From NCBI RefSeq assembly GCF_009914755.1, contig NC_060926.1: a stretch of 64,000 bases of DNA. One strand, 5' to 3'. Source of the DNA: the human T2T-CHM13v2.0 reference genome, Homo sapiens. The notes under the pieces are model-generated. The model was not told where the DNA came from. It did not search any database and saw nothing but the letters and a program-made list of their open reading frames with translations. Made by a program: the position numbers and the translations under genes. This document shows positions 14,954 through 29,267 of the stretch, piece after piece. The stretch's first letter is position 1. Each line of letters opens with the position of its first letter.

Positions 14954-15331
14954 TATTTTAGTCCATTTGGGCTGCTACAGCAAAACACCTTCAGTTGGAT
15001 AATTTATAAACAAGAGAAATTTATTGTTCTCAGTTTTGGAAACTAGGAAATCCAAGATCAAGGCACCAGCAAAGTTTGGGGTCTGGTAAGAGTCCAGTCT
15101 CTCCTTCAAAGATGGTGCCTTGTTGCTGCATTCCCAGAAGGGAGGACACTGTGTCCTCACATGGCAGAAGGGCAAGACAGCTCCCTTCTTTTATAAGAGC
15201 ACGAATCCTATTTTATAAGTGCAGAGCCCTCATGACTTAATAACTTTCCGAAAGTCCCCATCTCTTAATACTATCACATTAGGTATTAGGTTCCAGTATA
15301 TGAATTTTGGAACAATATTCAGATCATAGCA
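14954..15331 (-). mobile_element. MaLR solo LTR (MST/MLT1A group)
   Basis: ttagtccatttgggctgct...tccaagatcaaggcaccagca...tgtgtcctcacatggcagaagg...attcagatcatagca. Confidence 0.85.
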
Positions 15332-15481
15332 ATTAGTTTATTTTTAAATTTTTTTCCTGATTGGTTCATAATTAGATTTATTGTTATATGGAAGCTGAGG
15401 CTACAGACTTTTTTCCTCTGTATCATAGACAAGATATTAGAAATGCAGCAACGGCATTTGCAACCAATATCCAGGTGTAGA

Positions 15482-15703
15482 CAGTAGTTCTCAATCACTG
15501 GAGATATTGCTCCCCAGGAGACATTTGAAAATGTCTTATGACACACTTGATTGTCACAAAGATGGAGGGGAGGAGGAACTCTACAGCATCTAGTGAGTAC
15601 AGGCCAAGCATGATCTCAAACATTTTAAAAACACAGAACAGCATTCCCAAACAAAAAATCATCCAGCCCAAAACGTAAATCATGCCAATACTGAAAAACA
15701 CGG
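15482..15703 (+). mobile_element. MER20 (hAT-Charlie)
   Basis: cagtagttctcaat...ccccaggagacatttgaaaatgtc...tgattgtcacaa...tcatccagcccaaaacgtaaat. Confidence 0.85.
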
Positions 15704-15704
15704 A

Positions 15705-15965
15705 GCTAGATCATGGGTAGACTTTGGAGACAGGTTAATGTAGACTCTTCTACATATTATCTATGCAAACTCGGGAACACTAATTAACCCTAACACCTCA
15801 ATATCCTATCCATAACCAGGGTTTAGAAATTATTCCAGCGCAATCTCTGGAAAGGACCGAATGATGTAATTTATGCAAGGTACCTATTTCAATGTCAGAT
15901 ACAGAGCAAGCACTCAATAAATGGTAGCCCTGGCATATCACAGGCACTCCATAAATGTTAGCTTC
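15705..15965 (+). mobile_element. MIR, degraded, with a repeated 3' tail motif
   Basis: gactttggagac... and gcactcaataaatggtagc / gcactccataaatgttagc. Confidence 0.55.
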
Positions 15966-17133
15966 CCATTAGTTCAAATATATTTTGACCAGAAGCTTCT
16001 CCTAGAGAAACTGTCATTCTAAGACAAACTAACTTCAGTGAAAATGTCCAGAAGTTCCCAGTGTAAGCTAAAAGAACAGTTGTCTTGTACACAAATATTT
16101 AGGTGATCAGGCTTCTCTGCTCACATAACTCAACTATTTAAATATATATTTGATATTTGTTATTTGAGGCGGGCTGGTAGAAATTGTATGCTAAAAGTAG
16201 ATATTTCCTATGATTCTGTAGAATATTTACCAGGAGAAGGAAAGAGAATGCTTAATTATTAGGAATAATCATCCAATAAACTGTTCACTTGAAAGAAAGG
16301 AATAAGGAGAATATGGGGGAAATTCTAGTTATATATAATCACTTAGGAAACTCCAATAGCAGTAAAAGCATTGGTTAATATAGTTGTTATGATCTCGAAA
16401 ATGCAGACCCTCAAAATCCCAAATCAATATTTTCCTCAATAGTCAAAAAGCAGAATTTGTTTAAAAATTATTTTGTATAATTAGAAAAAGCTTCTACCTT
16501 TCTTAACCAGAAATTGCTTTTTAAGTCTGCTTTTTCAAGTATTAGAGTACTCATAAATATTTCAGAAAAGCCATTCAGTTTCAGCACCACATGAAAAAGG
16601 AATGATAACTTTATATGTGTATCTCTGATTCAGGACACATTTTCTGAACCACCCATCATATTCCATGGACCCTTAAAATTCTCTGGTTCAGCAAGTTAAC
16701 ACTGCCCACTTCACCTTAACAAAGAAAATAAGAAAGCTTTAGGAGGCAAATTTAAAGAAGGAGAACATTCTCCCTGCAATATAAAGACCATGGAGGCTAT
16801 ACGCTGATTGATATTTCTGTACAAATGGGTAAAGAAATATCAGAAATGGGTACAGAAATATCAGCTACTCTACTAAAGTCAATGCCGTGTCTCAAATGCT
16901 GCAAAATTACAGCAGTCTGTATCAATTCTCTTTTGAGCAATAGTTTACAAAGCCATTCAAAAACTGTTTAAATTTTTATTAAATTCAAATTTTAACCTTT
17001 AATATCAGCAGATTAGAAGATCTTGCTAAAAAATAATTTGAGAAGCATTTTCTACATAGGCACTTGAGTTATTGGCAGCAATTGCTGAAAAGTTAGCATT
17101 TTTATTTCTCTGTTGTTATAATGTGTCTAAATA

Positions 17134-17213
17134 TTAGGTTGGTGCAAAAGTAATTGCAGTTTTTACCATTGAAAGTAATGACAAAAAATTCAACTACTTT
17201 TGCACCAGCCTAA
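17134..17213. mobile_element. MADE1 (Hsmar1-derived 80-bp MITE)
   Basis: TTAGGTTGGTGCAAAAGTAATTGC ... CTACTTTTGCACCAGCCTAA, exactly 80 bp, TA on both sides. Confidence 0.95.
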
Positions 17214-17650
17214 TAATTTGGTATAAGCTGTCTATCTATATGTGTATCTACCATCTATCTCAGTATCCTCTTTCTTGTTGGACATGAAAAAAATAATATA
17301 AGCTAAATTTCCTCTGTTCATTTATATATGCCGTGGGATGATACTGCATTGGTAAATGAATTCATCGGTCAATGGATGAGTTATTTGTGTACTTTGTTCC
17401 ATGAAGACATATTAAGTTTCACCTAAATCTTTCACTATGTTTGGATTCCAGTACAAAGTAGTTTTTGAGATTTGAGAAAGGACAACAATTTAATTCCTAT
17501 ACAGATGGTGAAATTGAAAGGCAGAAGAAACACCTGCATTTTGGAGAGATGGAGATGAGCCACAAAGTAGAGAGTCAGAGTGTGTGAGAACTGTCCAATA
17601 AAGCCACCCAAAATCTGAGGTGGGCTGGGGGATGTGTTCAGCACATAGTA

Positions 17651-17983
17651 CAGACAATCCCCTAATTACAGTTGTTCAGCTTAGGATTCTGCGACCTTAT
17701 GATGGTAAGAAAGTGATACATATTCACTAGAAACCGTACGTCGAGTACCCACATAACCATTCTGTTTCTCACTTTCAGTACAGTATTCAATAAATTACAT
17801 GAGACAGTCAACACTTTATTATTATAAAATAGGCTTTGTATTAGATGAATTTGCTCAACTGTAGCCTAATGTGCGTGCTCTGATCATGTTTAGTCTAGGC
17901 CAAGCTATGATGTTCAGTAAGTTAGGTGTATTAAATGCATTTTTCACTGGGCTGTAACTCCATGGTAAGTCAAGAAGCATCTG
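17651..17983 (-). mobile_element. MER47A (TcMar-Tigger)
   Basis: agaaaccgtacgtcgagtaccc...ttcagtacagtattcaataaattacatgag...gtaagtcaagaagcatctg; TA on both sides. Confidence 0.88.
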
Positions 17984-18053
17984 TATTTGTTTAGAAAATA
18001 CTTGGATTCAATTTCCAACTCTAATCTTGTGACACTTTAAGACATCCTCAATT

Positions 18054-18107
18054 ACAAACACACATACACACACACACACGAGAGAGACAGAGACAGAGAA
18101 ACACACA
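18054..18107 (+). repeat. (CA)n-(GA)n compound microsatellite
   Basis: Visible directly in the sequence. Confidence 0.8.
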
Positions 18108-18640
18108 TGATAATTTTTTTAAAAATTAAATGTACTTAAATTTAAAAGATGCTGTGCACATAATTTGTGGAAATAAATGAGAGAAATGGTTTCACAAAAC
18201 AAATGTTGAAGAACTGTAGTTATGCAAAAAGCCAAAAGTCAGTATTTCGTGACATACTCTTTGGCCTCTAAGCAGGAATAACGCACTGTTTTAATCTTGT
18301 CATTTTATCCATTTTATTTTGACCCATTGCTTATACTGAGTTCAAAGGTATTTTGACTTTATAATTTTTCTATTTTCAATTTCATTGCTGATTTGTCAGG
18401 AAATCTCTGAGGAGCCCAGTTTTCTCCTTTAACTAATAGAGATAAGAGGATCACTCTTCCCGTCTCAAATCATCCTCTATTCACACCAGGTTAAGCCTCA
18501 CTATCTATATTTACATTGCACTTTGCATTTTTTTCTATGGTACGTTTCATAATTTGAAAACATTATTTTTGTACTAATTTATCTATGAGCGATTATAGGA
18601 CATGTTGTAGGAACCATGGGTGTTTTGCTAACAGATGTAG

Positions 18641-19013
<373 letters not shown>

Positions 19014-20373
19014 AATAATGGGATTTTAATAGCACTTGTTACAAAAATCTTCATTTTTAATGACATTTGGAACTATTTTTTAATTCTTAAATTGTCTAAC
19101 ATTTTATAGTAAACTTTATTTTACGTCACTTTCTAATGTACGCAAGCATAACTTCAGAATTTACTGAGATTTTTTGAATGACTTCTATTAAACTAATTTA
19201 ATTGCATAATTTTCTACGTAGCAAAGTTATTTTTTTCCAATTTTTAAATTTCTCTGATTCTTTAAAATTAGCATTATCAATTATTTTTTATGCAAGTTTA
19301 TAAGAAGCAACTGATTCACTAATCAGGCTTATTTATGTCAAAGTTTCTAATTATTTCCAATATAGTGAGGTTTTTAGCTTAATTTTTATTAGCATTTCTA
19401 CAAAACTCAATTTTTCTGAGTCAAATCACTCAGATTCTATTTTTTTGTTCAGGATAAAAATGTACCTATGACAAGTAGTATTGGGTTTTATAAAACCATA
19501 ATTTATATCTGATGATTATGTCAATCTGCAATATGTATTGTGAATCACTTTATTTCTTGGAGAAAGGAACAGGGTAAAAGTTTCAGACTCTGTGAATATC
19601 TCTTAGAGAAAAAAATATCATAGTTACATAATGATGCAGGATCTGTGGATATAATAAGGTCTAAATGGCAGGACTAAATGCGAGGACTAAAGCATTCTAT
19701 GCTTCCACATTATACCTATGACACAAGCTTTGATATTTAAAAATAAACAAAAACAAACCCAGATACTCCCAAAATATGCACAAAAAACTTCAGCTTTTAT
19801 AAGAAAAAAAGCAAATATCAGTTTATATAATAGGTTTCCTAAATGTTTTGTGAGAATCTAGTTTTTGTATAATATTTATATTTGTATTTTCATTATTTCA
19901 AGGCTGGGTTTGATGTATTGGAAGCAAGGGCACAGATTTGGTAAAGCAGTGAATGCTTCCAAAGACAAAAATTTATTTCTGATATAACTTTTGAAGCAAT
20001 GTGAATTTTCTTCTATCAAGTTTCCTTAAATCGAAATCAAACTATAACAATATCTTGGTTTCTATGGGTTCTCTGTCATGTGCATCCTCAAGTATATGTG
20101 ACCAAAGGTTTTTAAGCCATAATATCACTATTATATCATCACCTACCTACCATAAGAATGCTAAAAATTGTCCTCTTTGAGATTTTGATAGTTTAATATT
20201 TCTGTGTGGAAAAAAAATCAAACCCAACAAAAGAAAATAATATATGATAAAGAATTACAAGGCCTTCTATCCCACCACTTGTTATAGGTTTAATGGTGTG
20301 GCCCTCAAAAGGATACACTGATGTCCTAACCCTCAGTGCCTCAGAATGTGAACTTATTTGAAAATAGGGTCTT

Positions 20374-20870
<497 letters not shown>

Positions 20871-22469
20871 TCATTCATGTGGGCCCTAATCCAATATGAT
20901 TTTTTGCTCTGACTAAAAGAAGAAATTGGGACAAAGAGATAGACACACACAGAGGGAGGAGGATGTGAAAATACGCAGAGAAACCATGTGAAGACAGAGA
21001 ACTGGAGAAATGCATCTGTAAGTCAAGAAATGCGGAAGACTGCCTGCACACCACCAGATACTAGGAAGACACAAGGAACGATTTCTCTGCAGATTTCAGA
21101 AGCAGAGTGACCCTGCCAACATCTTGATTTCAGATTTTTAGCCTCTACAACTATGAAATGATAGTTTCTTTTGCTGTAAGTCACCCAGCTTTTGGTACTT
21201 TTTGTGGTAGCCCTAAACAACAAATTCAACTCTTTTTCCAGTATTAACAGTAGTAAAATTAAAACAAGGATAATAAGAAAAGAAAATCTACTTTTCTGCT
21301 TACTCTTATAAAATCTGCCTAGCACTCATTTCTGCTGATTTGATTACATTTACATACAATTTTAATTAAAGAACTACTAATAAATGTTTCAATTACAGGA
21401 AAAAATACACTTAATGAAGAAATTGTCTATGATGATGATCTGAGAAGCCTTTTCAGAAAATGTTGTTGATATATTTATTTTTCTTTTCTACTATTACAGA
21501 GAAGACTGGAGGAGAAACTAATTCCAAGCCCCCATACATGATCAACTGAGTCATAAATCCTTCCCCAGTGTAGGTGAGAGTTCACAGATACTACTCTCAT
21601 AATCTCTCTAGTAAGTCTTTCCATTTCTCAATCATTTAAGCAGTAGAGGACACTGTTTTTATTTCTTTGCATTTTCAATGTATAAATCGTGCAATAACAC
21701 ATTGTTCAATTTTTTCTAAGTTGGTTTAAATGCTGAGAATTCTCCTGAGTTCTCTTCCTTGGCAGAAAAAATAAATTTCTGGAATATTTTCAAAAGCATA
21801 TCCTTGCAAATGGAAATGGTAAGCTTAATAAACCATGCTGTTTGAGGTCAGCCTTGCTGAATATTGCTCCTCATATCATCTTTAGTTATATAAGGTCATA
21901 AGGGATACTTACGTTCAAGATCATAAACAAAATGTTGGTGTAGCTCAGCAATTTCTTTTCTATGCTTAAGAATTATTTTCAAAAACAATATCACTTTTAA
22001 CATACTTCTGATTCTCTTGATGATAACCCCAGGCTTTGATAGTTTGTTTTTCTTTTCAGCTTTTGCACTGGGCCTTTGACATATGAATATACCTGTATCA
22101 CTCTCATAAACTTCAGAAGCTTTGTTGCATTTTCCTTCAAATTCTCTCTGGGTCAACACTTAAAGTATAATCCATTAACCAAGCCCTTGCAATATCCACA
22201 GTAGAAAATGAAGATAAGTAAATATTGCTGTGATTCTTTTACTGACATTTTTTCCAATTCTTACCCCTTTCAAACAGCGAATCAGTTCTCGAAATGAAAT
22301 CAATCTTGTAGACATGATTACCAATTATAAAAAGATGAAATTTTCAAATTTTATTAATTGGATCAATTTTTAGTATCATTAAGATTACCTTGCTTTCATT
22401 TACATTAGGTGAAGTTATGGTATACAATGACACTAATAAGCAAAGGCGAGTTTAAAATAACAAGAGCTA

Positions 22470-22680
22470 CCATTTATTCAATGTGGTATTATGTGGAAAG
22501 AAACAGTACCTGATGCTTTGCAAGCATTATCTTGCTTAATTTGCTTCATAAAACTATGAAAAACATATTATTTCAGTTTTATAGGTGAGGGATGTAATCG
22601 CTAGTACAATATAGGAAACACATGTCAGAGCCAAGATTTGAAGTTGAGTCTCTCAGACTCCAAAATCTGAAACTTTTTCA
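22470..22680 (-). mobile_element. MIR
   Basis: taccatttattcaatg...tatttcagttttataggtgagg...cagagccaagatttgaa...cagactccaaa. Confidence 0.65.
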
Positions 22681-23099
22681 AATATGCCGTCTTGTTTTCC
22701 ACACTGATGCTTTTGACCCTTGCCATAAAGTCAGCATGACCTCTTTGACAATGTGAATACAGTTAACACTGTGCACTTTGAACAAAAGAAAAGGAAGTAA
22801 AAGGACAAGACCATTTTCAGGCAAAATGAAGAATATGCAAAATGTCCCCTTTTTTTCTTTCTTTTTGCTGATTTCCTTCCTAATTCCCTCCTCACTACTC
22901 CCACCTCTAAGTCAAAAGCTTTTTCTTCTACCTTCAAACATCTGCAGCTATGCTATTTCTTAATTTACCTATCAAAACCACTTTTCTCTCCAACCACTCT
23001 TCCCTTCTCCCAATATACTTTTATATCAGTAGTTGTTATCCAATGACTATGAATTTAAGTCTTTTGTTTCTTTGGGAACAGTGTGTGCATGTAAGAAGA

Positions 23100-23300
23100 A
23101 GCAGTACAGTATAATAAAGAAGGCAGGTTTGGGAGCCAGGCTCTTGGCTGCATCACTAGGTGACCTTTTTGTAGCCTCTTTGTGCCTCAGTTTCATCATT
23201 TGTCAAGTAGTGCCTATCCCAGCACTTACTGTGGGAATTAAGTGAAGTGATTAGAACAATGCCTGCCACATAGTTGGTAATATATGTGTTAGCTGTTATC
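23100..23300 (+). mobile_element. MIR
   Basis: cctctttgtgcctcagtttcatcatttgt...gattagaacaatgcctgccacatag. Confidence 0.8.
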
Positions 23301-23533
23301 CAAATGTATCTTTCATTGAATTAAAAATGTAAATAAAATATGTCTTCTACTAAAGGAATTGCACAAATTACCATGAAAAAGTAAAAAAAAAAGTATTGGG
23401 ATTTTGTTTTATTACACCTCTAAAAACATATTACGTGAGGACTTTAGACATATAAGGTTACTTCTATGAAGAAACAGAATGGAAAATGTCAAGTCATTTA
23501 AGATGCTCACTTATTACATTAAAATATTTTCCA

Positions 23534-23822
23534 GGCAGGTGTGGTGGCTCAAGCCTGTAATCCCAGCACTGTGGGAGGCCGAGGTGGGCAGATCACTTGA
23601 GGCCAGGAATTCGAGACCAGCCTGGCCGACATGGCAAACCCCATCATTACTAAAAAAATACAAAAATTAGCTAGATGTGATCCCAGCTGCTTGGGAGGCT
23701 AAGTCACGAGAACTGCTTGAGCCCAGGAGGCAGAGGTTGCAGTGAGCCAAGATCACGCCACCACACTCCAGCCTGGGTGACAGAGTGAGACTCTGTCAAA
23801 AGGACGGAAGGAAGGAAGGAAA
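23534..23822 (+). mobile_element. Alu (old AluS-like) with short right-arm deletion and GGAA tail
   Basis: TSD TAAAATATTTTCCA at 23520-23533 and 23823-23836. Confidence 0.92.
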
Positions 23823-26800
23823 TAAAATATTTTCCATTGATTACCCATGCTTTTTATTTTGAATTAATAGTGTTCGATGCGTTATTAAAAAATAGAATTT
23901 AAAATAAATTGTAGAAAATATGGAGAGAAATATTTATGTTTCAAATTTCCCAAGAGTAGGGCTTTGGTGCATTATAATCCCCTGATAGCTGGCATGATCC
24001 ACTTTGTTGGTTACTTTTACAGGGTCCTTCTACTCTCTTCCTTAGTCTCCAGGCTTTTAATAATCACACAGAATATTCTTTTCACTACAGAACATACCTA
24101 CCTATATTTTGGCTGTTTCTCAAGCTGACTTATTTCCCAGACATATTCATCCTTTAAGTACGCAAAAATGACTTTCATAATATTTCCATTGATAGGCAAT
24201 ACACAAATATGTTTAAATGAAGGAATAATTTATTGCATTGTACTTTAAAATCCACATTCCTTGCTATACATAATCTGAAACCACTGTAAAAGTACACTTT
24301 TTTAATGCAACAGCAGGCATACATTTTTTCCAGTTTGATGTAGGCAGGACCTCAAATAATGTCAAAGTAAAGATGGTCAATCTATTCACTATTGGAGGAA
24401 AACATTCACTGTGTATCAGCTTGAGTTGGAGAAATTACAGTTAAGAAATGTTTTGTAACTAATGATGGCTTCCACGTTTGTAAATCAATGACTCATAATG
24501 TATACATGTAAACCTATATTTCATTATTTTGTTAGTAAACCCCATTATAACATATACTTTAACCCTATTATTCAATATAAAATGGCAAATGCATTTTTAT
24601 GATTCATTTGTCGTATTGTTATTTTACTCAAGATTTGTTCAAATGTTTTACTTTTTGTAAGTTAAACTTTCTATGCTTAAGGAGTATATAGCTACAAGAA
24701 ACAGATAAACACTAAAAATTACAGTTCTAAGACTTAGTTGAATATCTTTCAGTAATTTCCCTTAGAGATATGGTCACACTGACCAAGCTACATAAATATA
24801 TTTTTTAAAATTTAGTATACCAATGTGTCTATTCATGATAGGTTGTGTTTTTCTCCTTGTACCTAAAAGTTTGATGGTTTCTTTTCCACTCTGTCTCTCT
24901 CTCTCTCTTATTGAGCTACCTCGTACTAGTCCTGCCTAAAGTTTTATATTGTTTCTATTCTAACTATACTCAGAAATACATAATTTGAAACTTGAATATA
25001 ACCTCTTTTGTATTTCTAATTTTTGGTGAGCATTATTCTGGTTGTTAGCCCCTTGAAGGCAGGTACTTTGTGTTACATTCCCAATTTATCTGACAAAATA
25101 TTTAGTTCAGCATAAATAATATGCTTAGCATTCAAGATATAATTTGTGATTAATTTATTTTGCTTTATAAGAGGAATTCTGGGGGTAGCATACACGCCAA
25201 TCATCCTTGAAATATATATAAACTACAGTGCCTCTAGAGTGTTATAGAAAAGCCAGTGGATTAAACATCAAAACCTCTTAGAGTCTCTGAATCATATTAT
25301 TCTATTACTTCTCTTATTTTCTTTATCTATCTTTGTCTCCTATTATAAGAAAGAAGACATAAAGATATAAAAAACTTTTCCTACCTCTGCCTTGAAGAAA
25401 GTTTAACTATAACCTTCATAATTATGACCAGGGACAAGTTAATGACAGATTCCAGCTTTGGTATGGCTAAGGTAGACCACTCAAGGGATCAACTAACTAA
25501 TATCAAGGACAGTAAGGTTCTTACCCCATTCATGAGCTTCAAGTGTTCTATCTCACCCCAAAAGAGATTATAACTCTTTTTTTACAATTTCATTTTATAA
25601 TATAAACCACTATTTAACCTATATTTCTGAATCACTGGACTGAATAATTTTATATCAATTTATTCCAACTGCTATGAATACTGAAAGTGCATGAATGGAA
25701 GATGGCGGCCCATGAGGCAGGCCTTGTTAACAGTGTTTCCCCAGCAGAAGGGTAAAACACAAATAATCCCTCCAGAGAATCAATTTGCAAAAGGAGCTCT
25801 TCAAGGTTCTGAACTCCTTTCCTTGCTCTGCTGTACTAATTAGATCTGACCTAACAATGATTCTGCTTATCTTGGCGTTGTGTCACTACCCTTAGCTATA
25901 CTTTAAATTAAGAAACTAACATAATTTATTTTGAGTTACTAGTACAAAAGAAAGTAATCTTCTTGATGGGATTCAGTTTGAGGCAGTAGGTTCTGTATAA
26001 AAATTTTTATCGTAGATACAATTGTCACCTGTTTTCTAGAAAAAATATATTAAATATAACCTAATGAATATGCCAAACTTACTAGGTCTGTATTTTTGCT
26101 TTATATAAAATGTCATCAAATTTAAATATAATTCCCAATAAAGTCCACATCTCTGAATTATCTATTACTTGCATTTTGGGGTGTGTTTATACTACCTAGA
26201 ATGTTAACCCTTATTGTGCCTTAAATGTGCATTTGTAAAATGTAGGCACTTTTATAACTATGAGTGAGGCTGGTAAGGTAGTGTTTAGGATTCTCCATGT
26301 CAGTTAGTGAAAGTAAGAAGTACAGTGTTAAAACTATTGTAAATAGTTTCCGGGGCAAGTATAGACTGAGTCCATCCAGAATGACTGTAACCAATTTGAC
26401 ATCATGTTATGGATAAAGAAGCAATGAAAAATAAACCAAATAGCTACATTATATCATATTCTTAACTTTCATAAGCCATGTTTTATGGAAAACTTTTTAG
26501 TTTTCTCAAAAGGCTAATATATTTCAATATTTTGAATACATCATTGTTAATTTTGAGTTGGCAGAGGTAAATTAACCAACTACCATTACGTTTTAGGATT
26601 AAGAGATATAGCTTTTAATAAAGTTACTGAAATGCAAAAAAAAAGAGAAACTAACATAAGTTAAAATTGATTGTACATAGTGTCAAGACAGCAAACTCAA
26701 ATGTCTAAAAGGACCAGGGAGAAAATGTCAATAAATAAATGTTTGTGTTCAAGGAAACCCAAAACTAGAGCAATTGAGGGCCCACACAATCTAAGCATAG

Positions 26801-28860
26801 TGTTTTCTGACTCTTGATGCATCAATAAAATACTTGGCCTCTGATAATTTTATTTTATAAGATAAACCAGTATATAACCTATAGTTCAAGATCACTGGAC
26901 TTCACACTTTTATAACGATTTACTCAGGTAACTAAAATATTTCTTCGCTGAGAAGATCACCCTACTGCCTCACTTTCAACACATTAATTAAAGATCTTAG
27001 AACCATAACAAGCTTTAAGGACTTACTAAACAATTAGGCAAGAAATTACAATTTTGCCAGTCATCCCAGGTAATCATACCATCCTGACTCATAAAATTTC
27101 CTTATGAACATATTGACAACTTTTAGGAAAAAATCTTTCTAACAGACTGCTTGGGAAAATTCATAATGTCTCTGGCCTGGTCACACAGCTTAAGTACTTT
27201 CCGTAGAAAATATTCATGGGATTTATAGAAAGTCAGTCTACAGTGTTTACAGATTAAGAATCAGACAATCAGGGTCCTCTTCATGGAAAATGAGGATCTA
27301 TTTACAGTTTATCAATAATCAGAGATGCTACGAAGTTGTTAGAATGAGCTAGGTGTAGCCTTGAGGACTTAGTAAAAGTCCTCAAAGGAAACTTAAGCAT
27401 AAGCAGAGTAACTTCTCTCTGAAGAATAAATCAGGATACTTCCTGATGTCTACCGAAGGTCCCTTGAAGCCATAAGCCCAAACATTTTTAAATTATTTCT
27501 GTCCCAAATCCTCTCGCTAAGGAATTAATGTCATCCTTTAAAGATTTAGCATCATATGAATGGAGAAGAGCCAGGTAGGTGCTTTCCTAGAGAGAAAAAA
27601 TAAATCAAACACAATTCATACTTTATTCCAGAAATTAAGTGTTAACATGTCAAATGCTTTTGTCTTTAATTTGAATGTCTTTCCCTTCATAATTATGTAG
27701 AGCAGAGGTTTAGTATTTTTGAGGCTATTAAAATTCCTGAGATAAACTTGATTTTTCTCTATGCCGTCACGCTCCAGAAAACATAAGAAGAATGTTAATT
27801 CTAACCTAAAAGAACCCAACTACTTCTGTGGATAATCAGTTTAAACATCCATGGGTCAGAGGAGGGGATGACAGTTTATTGTGATAAACACATGTCTAAG
27901 AGAACCAGATCAAGGTCACTGACATGTTTAATATTAATTGCTAAACAACTGTCAGATGGCAATGGTTTGAGTTCACCACCTCTCATGAGTTGAATCCAAA
28001 TTGCTCTCTGAAGGAGAAATCATCTACTAAATTCTGTTCTTTCAACAATGAAAACAGGCATACCTGTCAATTTTCTATATAAAAAATACCATTGTGTTTA
28101 TTCACTCACGTGGATTTTCAGCTCTGCCAATTCAATTTCTTCACTGAACCTACTAGTATACGCCTCTTCAATATAGTCACGTTCAAATAAATAAGAGTAA
28201 TATTCTCATTGAGAAAGGGATATATACCTCAGATAAATTCATTGTTCCCTCTTACCCTCTGTTGTTGATAAATTTAGTTTCCAAACATTCTAAAGCAATC
28301 TTTTGAAATCATCTGTTGGCTTGAGTACAAAGAACATGAGGTCCAACTAATTCCAAGCATTTCTTTAATATGGTAAAGGTGTTGCTTTGATTGTTACTCT
28401 CAGCCACGAACTACCATTGGATCATTTAATTCCTTCAAAAGCAATTGAAGGACTGGCTTCAAACCTTTCAAAATCTGTTTTCATATCTACATATACTGAG
28501 AGGAATAGAGAGAAGTTTCTGAATAAAATAATAATACTTTGCAGTTCTCTGAAACTTGAGAGGGAACCAGAGAATGTTTATTACTGAGTTTTAATGTCTT
28601 TTAAAGAGCCAACACCTGATACTTCAAAAACGTTAATCACTCCAATAAACATTTTACTCCCAGAAATTCATCTTAAATCCATCTTATAACATAAACAAGC
28701 CTAGTAAGTAGCATTATTAGGAGAAATTTCTGGCTGAGTTCCACACATATATTCAACTTCCTGAACACCCTCTAAAAGCAATTTTACCTTACTTGACACA
28801 ATACAGAAATTAATCAGCATAATAAGTAAGCTAAAACTTCAATAAAAGTGTTTGCATCTT

Positions 28861-29267
<407 letters not shown>

